From NCBI GenBank assembly GCA_963758495.1, contig CAVWVI010000004.1, forward strand, positions 96,001-160,000: a stretch of DNA of 64,000 nucleotides, read 5' to 3'. Positions within the stretch are counted from its first letter, which is position 1, and every line of letters begins with the position of its first letter. This document shows positions 1 through 9,451 of the stretch, piece after piece. The notes under the pieces were generated by a model that was not told the DNA's origin, searched no databases, and worked only from the letters and a program-made list of their open reading frames with translations. Source of the stretch: Oligoflexia bacterium (GTDB lineage: Bacteria; Bdellovibrionota; UBA1018). The translations under genes and the position numbers were made by a program.

Positions 1-287
1 TCAAATAACATTCCGCGTATTTCGGGTATCATATCGAACATCGCTATAAGGAAAAGTGGCAATGAAGCGACTACCGCAACCTTAAGACGTTTAGACATAT
101 CCGAAAGTTCTGGATTTTGTGATTCCTCTAGAGTCACTTCGACAGGTTCCAATGCCATTCCGCAATTTGAGCAATGACCCGGCCCTACCTGCCTGATCTC
201 AAGGTGCATAGGACAGATATAAACCGCATTTGGATCCTGAGACATCGTCTGGGGTTCATGTGATACGCAGTGACTGCACTTTTCCAT
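1..287 (-). CDS. 5' part of a heavy-metal (Cu-type) P-type ATPase, runs off the left edge
   Basis: Manual translation from ATG at 287: MEKCSHCVSHE...VYICPMHLEIRQVGPGHCSNCGMALEP...NPELSDMSKRLKVAVVASLPLFLIAM. The YxCPMH...CxxCGMALEP motif followed by the first TM helix is typical of CopA/SilP-like ATPases. Confidence 0.8.
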   Translation of the reverse strand, partial: MEKCSHCVSHEPQTMSQDPNAVYICPMHLEIRQVGPGHCSNCGMALEPVEVTLEESQNPELSDMSKRLKVAVVASLPLFLIAMFDMIPEIRGMLF

Positions 288-328
288 AGTAGCAAGGAAG
301 AAGGTAAATCCTCCGTTCTCCGTTCAAT

Positions 329-994
329 TTAGGAGCGCTTAACTTTTCGATTTTTCAAAATTGGAAAATCAAAAAAATCCACCACTCCAGTTTCTATATC
401 GTACTCGGCTCCCACGATCATCAACTCATTGTAGCGAACCATGTCTTCGAGAAATCGACTTGCATGGCGAAGATGGTTCGCGGACGCGAGAACGTTGGCC
501 CGAACAGCATCACGGAGGATCTCTTCCCGTTTATATAAGCCTTTTTTACGTGAAACCAGGCGATGAATATGGGGCTGGATCCGTTCGACAATATCGTGAA
601 TATTCTCAGAGAGAACCGGTTTTTTGCCTTCGACCGCATCGAAAGTAGCCCGAATAGCTCCGCATTGCGTATGACCCATGACAACCACCAGTCGAGCCTG
701 CGTTGTCGCCGCTGCAAACTCCACGCTTCCAATCAACGAGGGTGCAACCACATTTCCTGCAACACGAATCACAAACAAATCTCCCAGGCCCTGATCAAAT
801 AGTATTTCGGCGGGTGCGCGTGCATCTGAGCACGACAGAATGATCGCAAAAGGACCCCGAGATTTGAGCATAAGATTGCGAACATTGCGGTGCACAGCCA
901 GGAGTCCAGTACTACGGTTTTTGACGAAACGTCTGTTTCCCTGTCTTAGACGGAGTAATGCTTGAGGAGCTAGGATCGACCTTGATTTTGTCAT
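329..994 (-). CDS. beta-class carbonic anhydrase
   Basis: LSCSDAR, VIRVAGNVV, GSVEFA and GHTQCGA motifs. Start set at ATG 994 (MTKSRS); the ORF track extends to 1033. Confidence 0.92.
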   Translation of the reverse strand: MTKSRSILAPQALLRLRQGNRRFVKNRSTGLLAVHRNVRNLMLKSRGPFAIILSCSDARAPAEILFDQGLGDLFVIRVAGNVVAPSLIGSVEFAAATTQARLVVVMGHTQCGAIRATFDAVEGKKPVLSENIHDIVERIQPHIHRLVSRKKGLYKREEILRDAVRANVLASANHLRHASRFLEDMVRYNELMIVGAEYDIETGVVDFFDFPILKNRKVKRS

Positions 995-1154
995 CTTGAG
1001 CAGGAATCTGCCATGAAATCGTAGGGATTCCAAGAACGCTTTTAATTTGGTTTGTAAAATGCCATCAATAACTCACTCTCCGCACCTCCTGCTAGAAACG
1101 CATGAAGGCACGGAGATGAGCAGAATAAAAGAATATTTGTACCGCTACCGCTAC

Positions 1155-2807
1155 TTATTGAACCATAAATACTTGATCAGTCCCGCCTGTACAATCTGAC
1201 TGAATGACTGGAATACTGCCTGATGAGTACGCAGATGATATATCTAGGCATTTTCCGCTATTTTTCGCAACTATCTCATAAGTCCCATCGAGATTTGTCT
1301 TCAAATCAAAGTTCTGGTTTGTACTTCCATTACATTCACTGCCCACTAAACTAGCTCCGTTATAAACAGACGCTCGGTAAACACTTAAACAAAGCCCTGA
1401 GCTAGCATTTGTAATCATGTAAGAAGTATCTGCATTTTGAATCAGCTGATATTTTTGCATCAAACTTCCTGTACACTGAGTCAGGTACAGGGTCGAAACT
1501 CTCGAGGACCTGCCCGAGCTAGACAGACTCATACAAGCTTGATTCATTCCATTTATAATTTGATAAGTTTGATTAGGATTAAAGGTCGGTACTGGAGTTG
1601 GAACTGAACTGGGCACAGGAGAAGGCGACGGAATAGGAGATGGCAGTGAGGAAGGTGATGCCGTAGGCACCGGTGCCGGCGATGGACCATTTAAATAGCT
1701 TGCACCCTTTACATAAGTCACTTCGTTAGCTATGCCGCAAGTATTGCCTCCCATCTGGAGTTGAATATATCCTTGAACTCCCCAATCCGTACCCCACTGA
1801 TTTCTGACAAGCCAATAAGGACTCCCGCTGGATGGAGTTCCATAACCTACTAATTGAGCACAGTGATTCATAGAGTTCCAATCCGAAGAACAATTAGCAG
1901 GAGCGATCACTCCGCCGGTGTAGTACTGCCAGGTACTTGCAACTATACATACAGAAGCCGGACCTGATGTTGCGATTTGTTGCTGAATTGAAGCTTCTTG
2001 GGCTGCTTGATTGCTGCAACTGAGATCCTCAGAGTCTCCGCAAGATGGGATAGCAAACCGATAACCCGTAAGATGACCAACCACAGCTGAAGAATTGTAA
2101 TTACAACTTCCTGTTTGGCCGCTTGATCCAGAAGTATAAGGATAACTCGATTCTAGCTGAACTCCTTGACTCACCAGGTACTCATAGGCACTTACTGGAT
2201 CCCCACCGTTACAGCCGCTATCACTTGTCGAGCAGCTATTAACCTGCTGCACAGAAAGAAGCGGAAGCTGTCCAGTACTGAGAAAAATAGCTGTCTCTAA
2301 TTCTTCAGTCACAGTGAATGCCCAACAGGACCCGCATTGCCCTTGGTTTTTAACCGCAGAAACTGCGCCTTGCTGTCTCCAATCAACATTAGCCGGAACT
2401 GATTTTTTGCCCACAGCACCTAAAATAGATGGACCTACGGTTTCAATTTGAGCGTCGCTTATTCCGTGTCGAAAATTCAAATAAGTATTTGAAAATTCGA
2501 CCGGTGTAAGATCAGAAAACTGATTAATTCCAAACGGAGTATCACCATTCATATCTTTATTTTTCGAGTTTAATTCTTCAATCTTAGCTAGATTTCTTTT
2601 GAAAGCATTGTATCGTGAATTGTCTTCGCCTCCACCGTAGCGTCTATTATATTTATATTTAAATTCGCTCCACTTTTGTTTTGCGACTTCATCAGAGACC
2701 TCCCAAGAGCGATTTGCATTTGTGACATTTGCTGCAAAAACGTCTGTGAAACTGACGATTAGACTAAGACAAATTATTGAAAAATAATAATTTTTTGATC
2801 TTTTCAT
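1155..2807 (-). CDS. Exported papain/cathepsin-L-like cysteine protease (C1A) with I29 propeptide, Pro/Ser linker and C-terminal ricin-B lectin
   Basis: Signal peptide; propeptide RYNAFKRNLAKIEELN...GINQFSDLTPVEF; catalytic QGQCGSCWAF, NHCAQLVGYG and YWLVRNQWG; C-terminal SGKCLDI...QxF ricin repeats. Start set at MKRSK (2807). Confidence 0.9.
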   Translation of the reverse strand: MKRSKNYYFSIICLSLIVSFTDVFAANVTNANRSWEVSDEVAKQKWSEFKYKYNRRYGGGEDNSRYNAFKRNLAKIEELNSKNKDMNGDTPFGINQFSDLTPVEFSNTYLNFRHGISDAQIETVGPSILGAVGKKSVPANVDWRQQGAVSAVKNQGQCGSCWAFTVTEELETAIFLSTGQLPLLSVQQVNSCSTSDSGCNGGDPVSAYEYLVSQGVQLESSYPYTSGSSGQTGSCNYNSSAVVGHLTGYRFAIPSCGDSEDLSCSNQAAQEASIQQQIATSGPASVCIVASTWQYYTGGVIAPANCSSDWNSMNHCAQLVGYGTPSSGSPYWLVRNQWGTDWGVQGYIQLQMGGNTCGIANEVTYVKGASYLNGPSPAPVPTASPSSLPSPIPSPSPVPSSVPTPVPTFNPNQTYQIINGMNQACMSLSSSGRSSRVSTLYLTQCTGSLMQKYQLIQNADTSYMITNASSGLCLSVYRASVYNGASLVGSECNGSTNQNFDLKTNLDGTYEIVAKNSGKCLDISSAYSSGSIPVIQSDCTGGTDQVFMVQ

Positions 2808-3334
2808 ATCTATCCATCCTCTATTGGCCCTGTATTGATTTTTTATTTTTGACAACATTATTAGATTATAAAAAAATCATAACTTAGAAAGTTATTCTTT
2901 AAGTAATACTTTTTAATTATTATTTTTAAAATAAATCGACATAAAACAGACAAGCGGCCAACACTTTATCAATAGTGCTGAAAATTATTCAATAAAATTT
3001 AATCCCTAAGGCTCCTCAAGAGTAACCCCTGTAAGGAGCCCTAAAGGAACTGTTCGCCCTCAAGAGCACTACATATAGATGACTGAGTCGTTCTTAACTT
3101 GATTATTTTTGCACTTTTCTCGAACTTGCTTTCCCATGAGCTCTTTCAAAAACATCCCTATATTTATTGATCGCAACTTGAATAATCCTAAATGCCTCTT
3201 TTTGATCTCCAAAACCTTCAACCTTTACACGTTTCTTCTCTAGTACCAACTATACTTAGCTTATTTTATCTAAGTATCAAATGTGAGGAGAAGTGAATGC
3301 CCAACTAAAAAATAGATAAAAATCTTTATAACCC

Positions 3335-5079
3335 CTAATTATAAACATAAGAATAAGAGGAAGAGTTATACCCTGCTCCGTTATAAAAATAAGTAAAAGA
3401 ATAGGTTATAACGGCACCAGCATTCAGCCCTGGAATTTGCTGCTCCCAAGTTGCAGCTGATAACTGCATCCTGTAGTTCATCTGAAGACCTCCATTCACC
3501 TGATAGTGAATATCTACCCAGTCGAATGGAGAAGTAGGTGTCAAATTAACCTGAACCACTCCACCTCCTACCACTTGAACCGACTGCTTAAAAGCGGTAC
3601 TAGGTGGGACCGGTGTTGGTGTTGGTGTTGGTGTTGGTGTTGGTGTTGGTGTTGGTGTTGGTGTTGGTGTTGGTGTTGGTGTTGGTGTTGGTGTTGGTGT
3701 TGGTGTTGGTGTTGGTGTTGGTGTTGGTGTTGGTGTTGGTGTCGGCGTCGTGGTGTCGGCGTTGGTGTTGGTGTCGGTGTCGGCGTTGGTGTTGGTGTTG
3801 GCGTTGGCGTTGGTTGACTGGAATTTGGACAATAGGTAATTACATAGTTCACAGAATTCACACTATTTTGCATGCTTGTACAAGTGAATGTACTACTCAT
3901 ATCATCAAAGGGGTAAGTATAAGCTGTCGGACAACCCTTTTTAAGCCATTCTAATGTTGGTTTTACAAAGGTTAACCATGTAGAATTCTGATTCTGACAT
4001 TGTTGCGTTAACGGAAAAGATGGTGCCATTAAGCCATCTTGATCCCAATTTACACAACCGCAACAATTGGCTGCAGCTCCATTTTGATAACAAGAAGGAA
4101 TTCCAGCATCGCAGGCATATAAATCTTTTAAAGCTAAATCCCCCAAAGTTCCTGCTGACCAAGTTTGCGTGCAATTAAAAGGTAATCCATAGTCAGATTG
4201 AACTCCACAAACCTCGTCAGCAGTCCAATAACCGAGTAGAGAACCACAAGTTTTTTGTAAGAGTGAGCTCATACCTGGATTAAAGCTAAGTCCACAAACT
4301 TGAGAAGTAGGACAATCACTATTCAGGGAACAGGTTGTGCCACCTTGGGTTACCCATTGATAGTCATTGCTAGGCGGAGTAAAGGTCCAAGAGCAAGAAC
4401 CCAAAAGTGCTGACGATGGGGTCACGGCTCCTGGGCTTCCACAATTATAAGGATTTGCCGAAGGACTACTCGTAGCTAGAACTGGCGACATCTGAATAGG
4501 AATATTAAACCCATTAATAATTTCTACGTCGTAAAAATCAGAGGCCCCTGTTTGCAAAGTAAACTCTGCTTGAGTGGCAGGCTGTTGAAATCCCTGACCG
4601 GGTTTACACTCTGACAGACCATTGTCGCCACAGTCTGCCGTTTGACATGTACCTCCAGAACAATTTGTACGACCACTCACAGCTCCGCTCCAAATCAGGC
4701 CTGATCCGGTATTATAGTTGGTCAAGGTAACGGAGTTAGTTCCCCCATTAGGGGCCAACTCATAGGTACCATCACTCGGCTGAGGATTATTCCAAAAACA
4801 CTGTTGAATAGCTCCCGTTTGAATACACGTTGACCCTGGATAACAATCGTTACTGGAATTACAAAGGGTACCTCCTATTTTACTTTGAACTGATCCGCCC
4901 GCAAAACCAAACCACACAGGATAGGAGCAGCTATTAACAAAAGTAACAGTTCTCGAACCCGCTACATTTGTCTTTACTGCTAAATCTGTCTTTACTTTAG
5001 AATATACAAAATGAGTAGAGAAGCACGACAGAAAAAATAAACTAGAAAGACCATAATAAAATACTCTATTGTACTTCAT
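3335..5079 (-). pseudogene. Exported thaumatin/osmotin-like protein + PT linker + CBM56-like domain, frameshifted in the linker (real or assembly error)
   Basis: ORF 3568..5079 has thaumatin motifs (NSCSYPVW, PATQAEFTL, DFYDVEIINGFNIPI, CPTAYTYPFDD, YVITYCP). ORF 3335..3832 continues PTPT into WVDIHYQVNGGLQMNYRM...ITYSFTY. An 8-nt unit gtcgtggt at ~3747-3754 breaks the 6-nt period. Confidence 0.75.
3612..3813. repeat. Hexanucleotide tandem repeat (GGTGTT)n encoding a Pro-Thr linker
   Basis: About 21 perfect GGTGTT units at 3612-3740, then degenerate GGYGTY units to ~3813. Confidence 0.95.
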
Positions 5080-5594
5080 GATTTCATGATCCTTTTAAGT
5101 TATATTTAATTATTAACCTCAGTAACTATCCCCGAATCCGAACTAAGGTTATTAAAGTATATAATATTTCACTAAATTCATTATAAAAAATTTAATTAAA
5201 ACCAAGACTCTCAACTGCCCACAGAAAACTACTCAAATTTTATTTAACTATTATTATCACGCGATTTTGACGGCACTTAATTACCAATGAACGTTGACAA
5301 CACGAATACGTTATCCATCCGGAATCAAAGAGATTTAGCAGTTTGCTTTTAGGGAAGGCAAAAAAATGCCGTATATGAATACAAAGCAGCAATTAACTGA
5401 GCATCAGAAAGCAATGTGTCATTGACAGGTAATGTCAAGATAACAAACTGCGATAGAGATTTGGGTTTTTATAGCTGCGTCGACGCACAATCGTGGTCAA
5501 ACCCAGTTATTAGCTCTTGCGATGCCTGTGACTCTCAATCAAATTAAGACTATTAATTCCGATCAACGAGTCGATCGACCCAAGGAGAATTCTT

Positions 5595-6296
5595 ATGATG
5601 CAAATCAGAAAATCAGAAGAACGAGGACACACTCAACAGGGGTGGCTAGACAGCCACCATACGTTTTCATTTGCGAATTACTACGATTCACACTTTACGG
5701 GGTTTCATGACCTCACTGTGATTAATGAAGACCGTGTAATTCCAGGTGCAGGGTTTGGAACCCACGGCCATAAAGATATGGAAATTATTTCTTATATAAT
5801 CGAAGGAGCCTTAGAGCACAAGGACAGTCTGGGAACTGGCTCAGTTTTAAAACCGGGCTATGTGCAACGAATGAGCGCTGGAACGGGAGTGCGTCACAGC
5901 GAGTTTAATCATTCTAAAACAAAACCTTTGCATTTCTTACAGATTTGGATTCATCCTGAGAAGAAAGGGCTCAAACCGAGTTACGAAGAGAAAAGCTTTT
6001 CAGCAGATGAGAAAAAGAACCAGCTCAGATTGATTGTATCGCCTAAAGGAACTCAAAGCTCATTAAAAATCAATCAAGACACCTTAGTGTACGCGACGCT
6101 TTTAGATCCAGGTAAAACCGTTTCTCATATTCTTAAACCAGGACGCCATGCTTGGGTTCAAATCGTTCGAGGAATTTTAAAGATCAATGGCAAGACTCTG
6201 AGCGCAGGGGATGGGGCTGCATTTGAAGAGGAGCAGAAGATCGACCTGATAGCTCAAAAGCAAGCCTCTGAAGCGTTGGTTTTTGATCTTCCTTAA
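5595..6296 (+). CDS. Pirin family protein (YhhW-like)
   Basis: WLDSHHTFSFANYYD, GFGTHGHKDMEIISY, QRMSAGTGVRHSEFN and LQIWI motifs. Confidence 0.92.
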   Translation: MMQIRKSEERGHTQQGWLDSHHTFSFANYYDSHFTGFHDLTVINEDRVIPGAGFGTHGHKDMEIISYIIEGALEHKDSLGTGSVLKPGYVQRMSAGTGVRHSEFNHSKTKPLHFLQIWIHPEKKGLKPSYEEKSFSADEKKNQLRLIVSPKGTQSSLKINQDTLVYATLLDPGKTVSHILKPGRHAWVQIVRGILKINGKTLSAGDGAAFEEEQKIDLIAQKQASEALVFDLP

Positions 6297-6393
6297 GAGG
6301 AGGGGACCAGTACGGTGCTCCTATAATTTTATAGTGCATTTTGAATAACAATTCAATTGTATTAGTATATTTCTAATGATTAAATAAATACTT

Positions 6394-7479
6394 ATGAACA
6401 AGCTCTCTCCATTCATAATACTCTCTACAATATTCTGCATAGGCATATGTTTCGACGCTCAAATGAGTATTGCAGGATTAACAAAGCAACAAAGAAAATC
6501 TCAAATTTTTTTGAAAGCCTTTATGGAAATCAACGGACTTGCCGTGGAACCTGGAACGTTTTATAACGAAATAAAACCTTTCATCGGAAATGCTAGCTAC
6601 ATTTATGAACAAGGCCATCGCGAAAATCGCGAATGTCTCAATAAAGACTTTAAACGAACTTTAACGACCTATTATAACGGCCTACAAGCGAGGAGAAGTG
6701 AACTAGAAAAACTTAAAGAAGAGACAGCTCAATTTCTTGCCAAAAACAAAAAAAGCTTTTTCTTTAAGAAAAAACAAACTTCATATTCAACAGATCAGAA
6801 TTCGGCAGAGTACTTGACAAAGCTCACAAAAGAGAAAAAAAAAGTTCTTAATGAATTGAACTTTAATCCCGTTATTTCTGAAGATAATGATAAAAATCTA
6901 AAGCAAGTTAAGATTTTAATGGATGCAATCCAAAAAAAATCTAAAAAGTTTTTTTCATTAATGGATAACCTTATTAAATTAAACAATCAACGCGCAACTC
7001 AACGCTCCAATTTCATAAATGAAAAAAATATGAAAAAGAAAAAAGCGTTTTTAGCTAAATACTTTAAAATTCAAAATGAATTAAATTTAGCCATTCTTAA
7101 AATTAACGAGAACGATGATTTTGGTAGAAGAATAGATAAAACCCCACTCCTTGGGGATAGTAGTCGATCCTATTTTATTACATACCCATCAAAAGCAAAT
7201 TTTAAATCTACCTTTGACACTACAGAAGCTGAGATGAAAAAAGGAACTCTCACTTTTAAAGATTGTAAAAAGCAATTTCAGAACTATTTTAATGAACTGA
7301 CTCAATCTTTGATTGTACCACCAACTCCGATAGCTTCTGGGACCGAAGATTCCAGAAGCTCAATGAGCTCTGCTTCATGCCCTCCCAATACAGTCAGTCC
7401 ACTAAAGACCTCAAATACAAATGAAATTAAAAAAACATTAGATACTATCAACTCTCAGATCAAGATTGAAGGAAGATAG
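6394..7479 (+). CDS. Hypothetical exported Lys-rich helical protein
   Basis: 361-aa ORF with an N-terminal hydrophobic signal; no recognised motif. Confidence 0.65.
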   Translation: MNKLSPFIILSTIFCIGICFDAQMSIAGLTKQQRKSQIFLKAFMEINGLAVEPGTFYNEIKPFIGNASYIYEQGHRENRECLNKDFKRTLTTYYNGLQARRSELEKLKEETAQFLAKNKKSFFFKKKQTSYSTDQNSAEYLTKLTKEKKKVLNELNFNPVISEDNDKNLKQVKILMDAIQKKSKKFFSLMDNLIKLNNQRATQRSNFINEKNMKKKKAFLAKYFKIQNELNLAILKINENDDFGRRIDKTPLLGDSSRSYFITYPSKANFKSTFDTTEAEMKKGTLTFKDCKKQFQNYFNELTQSLIVPPTPIASGTEDSRSSMSSASCPPNTVSPLKTSNTNEIKKTLDTINSQIKIEGR

Positions 7480-7484
7480 GCAAA

Positions 7485-8807
7485 ATGCGGAAAACAAAAA
7501 ACGTACGTCAAAACTTCAAAACTTTACTATTGTTAGGAATTTTCTTTCTCTTTTCTCGAACTGCATTTTCCAATCCAAATGAACTCTTGTTAAGAGCTGT
7601 CATGAATGGAAACCTTCAACAAGTAAGTGAGCTATTAAATCAAGGTGCAAATCCAAATTACCCCTCTACTGATGGATTTGAGACAACCCCTCTCTTCATT
7701 GCCGCAAGCCATGGCTGTACAGATATCTTTAATCTTTTAGTCAGTAAGGGTGCGGATCTAAATCATATTGACCGTACAGGATATACAGCACTCATCTATG
7801 CCGCAGGGAGTGGTCAATTAGAACTGGTCAAAACGATTCTCAATCATCCGGAAGTAAACATAAACCATACTAATAAAACCGGTATGACTGCATTGGATTA
7901 TTCATTGGCTGATAGCATCTATACTCCAACAAGCAAGCCTGCTGAAACTAGAGAATTCTTGATCTCCAGGAAAGCAAAAACACAATTCCAAATACCCATT
8001 CCTTGCTCAAAATCATCGAAAGATTCACCCTGTATTAAACCTGGCTCACCTTCTTTCTCCCAAGAGCATTTTCTGATGGACCCTTCCCTACTACAAACAG
8101 CCGAATCTTTGAATCAGCACTCATTAACCTCAGAGCAAGACACCCATCATCAAGACACCAACTATAATAATTTAACTAAAAGTCTTAAAGAAAATTTGAA
8201 ATTACTGAGCCCATTATCTCAAACCATTAATCAAACCCAATTACGACTAGAATATATTCCTGACTCAAAGCCAAACTCTAGACGGGTAGTAAATGTGATT
8301 TATAATTATTTATCTGACCGCAAGCTTAGGGAAGCAGACGGTGCCATTTTAGAAAAATGTCAATTTGATACATTGCTTCATGGAAAACAATATAATTTCA
8401 TTATATTGCCTTCAGGACAAATTGTATGTGGCCTTGTTGAAAATTCGTGGGAAATTGGAGTAAAACATATAAGCTTAGCCAATAAAAATCTCGTGCTGAT
8501 CGCTGGCGAAGTGCTCATTGATGACCAAGGTAAAATTATCTTCAATCTCAGCAGCGGGGCTTTTACTATGTCTAGGATCGAGCATCAGTCTGAAGCGCAA
8601 AAAAATCAATTTATCGTTGAAAACAGTGAGCTTATTTTAGCTAGTTTAAAGGAATTTTCAAAACCGAATACCTATATTACGTTTGTCCGATATGGATTTC
8701 ATCGAAACCCTCCGGATGCGTCAGAAATTAAAGCTCTTTGCAATAAAGGTGATTTCCGATTCACTAATAGATCCCTATGTAGAGAGATCGCATTTAATGC
8801 ACCTTGA
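7485..8807 (+). CDS. Exported ankyrin-repeat protein with unknown C-terminal domain
   Basis: Signal peptide then TPLFIAASHG, GYTALIYAAGSG and GMTALDYS ankyrin repeats. Confidence 0.8.
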   Translation: MRKTKNVRQNFKTLLLLGIFFLFSRTAFSNPNELLLRAVMNGNLQQVSELLNQGANPNYPSTDGFETTPLFIAASHGCTDIFNLLVSKGADLNHIDRTGYTALIYAAGSGQLELVKTILNHPEVNINHTNKTGMTALDYSLADSIYTPTSKPAETREFLISRKAKTQFQIPIPCSKSSKDSPCIKPGSPSFSQEHFLMDPSLLQTAESLNQHSLTSEQDTHHQDTNYNNLTKSLKENLKLLSPLSQTINQTQLRLEYIPDSKPNSRRVVNVIYNYLSDRKLREADGAILEKCQFDTLLHGKQYNFIILPSGQIVCGLVENSWEIGVKHISLANKNLVLIAGEVLIDDQGKIIFNLSSGAFTMSRIEHQSEAQKNQFIVENSELILASLKEFSKPNTYITFVRYGFHRNPPDASEIKALCNKGDFRFTNRSLCREIAFNAP

Positions 8808-8963
8808 ATTTCACCCCTAAGTCACTTAAACTGCTTGCATCAAACCAACCCATTGCATCAAAAAATGACGATTTTTATGAATATCAAGAAAAATATAAAT
8901 TCCTTAACTCCACTTTTATTTATGTTAAATCTACTATCACAACTTTATGCCGAAGGAGCACAA

Positions 8964-9425
8964 ATGAATCACTATGAAAAACCCCCTCAAGATAAAATTA
9001 AAAAAATGCTCACCCCCGAACAATACAATGTAACTCAAAATGAAGGAACCGAAAAACCCTTTGAGAATCAATACTGGAATAACCATGAAGATGGAATTTA
9101 CGTCGATATCATTACCGGAGAGCCTCTCTTTAGCTCTCTCGACAAATTTGAATCAGGTACAGGATGGCCGAGCTTTACAAAGCCTATAGAAAAAGAGAAT
9201 ATCAGTGAAAAAACGGAACGAGACTTTACCCTGGGAGAAAGAACGGAAGTTCGCTCCAAGCACGGAGATTCCCATTTAGGACATGTTTTTCCCGATGGAC
9301 CTCGTGACAAAGGTGGATTACGTTACTGCATTAACTCGGCTTCGCTCAGATTCATCCCTGTTTCAAAACTGAAAGAAAACGGTTACGAAAGATTTCTTCC
9401 TTTATTTAACATTAAAAAGAAATAA
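8964..9425 (+). CDS. msrB: Peptide-methionine (R)-S-oxide reductase
   Basis: [39 protein letters not shown] and [11 protein letters not shown] motifs. AAGGAG RBS before ATG 8964; an upstream start is possible. Confidence 0.93.
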   Translation: MNHYEKPPQDKIKKMLTPEQYNVTQNEGTEKPFENQYWNNHEDGIYVDIITGEPLFSSLDKFESGTGWPSFTKPIEKENISEKTERDFTLGERTEVRSKHGDSHLGHVFPDGPRDKGGLRYCINSASLRFIPVSKLKENGYERFLPLFNIKKK

Positions 9426-9451
9426 GAAATCTCAAGAACTTAAACAAAGAA

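Noticed and set aside
3005..3070. ggctcct/aggagcc inverted repeat and a repeated ctcaagag between the protease and thaumatin genes
   Set aside because: Short and imperfect, with no second copy seen in the window; no function can be supported.
3506..3954. Plus-strand ORFs with (WC)n and (VL)n tracts
   Set aside because: Antisense shadows of the GGTGTT repeat that encodes the PT linker.
5340..5520. Palindromes upstream of pirin (ttgaca-ggtaa-tgtcaa, gcgtcgacgc) as a riboswitch
   Set aside because: No recognisable riboswitch consensus; short palindromes alone are insufficient.
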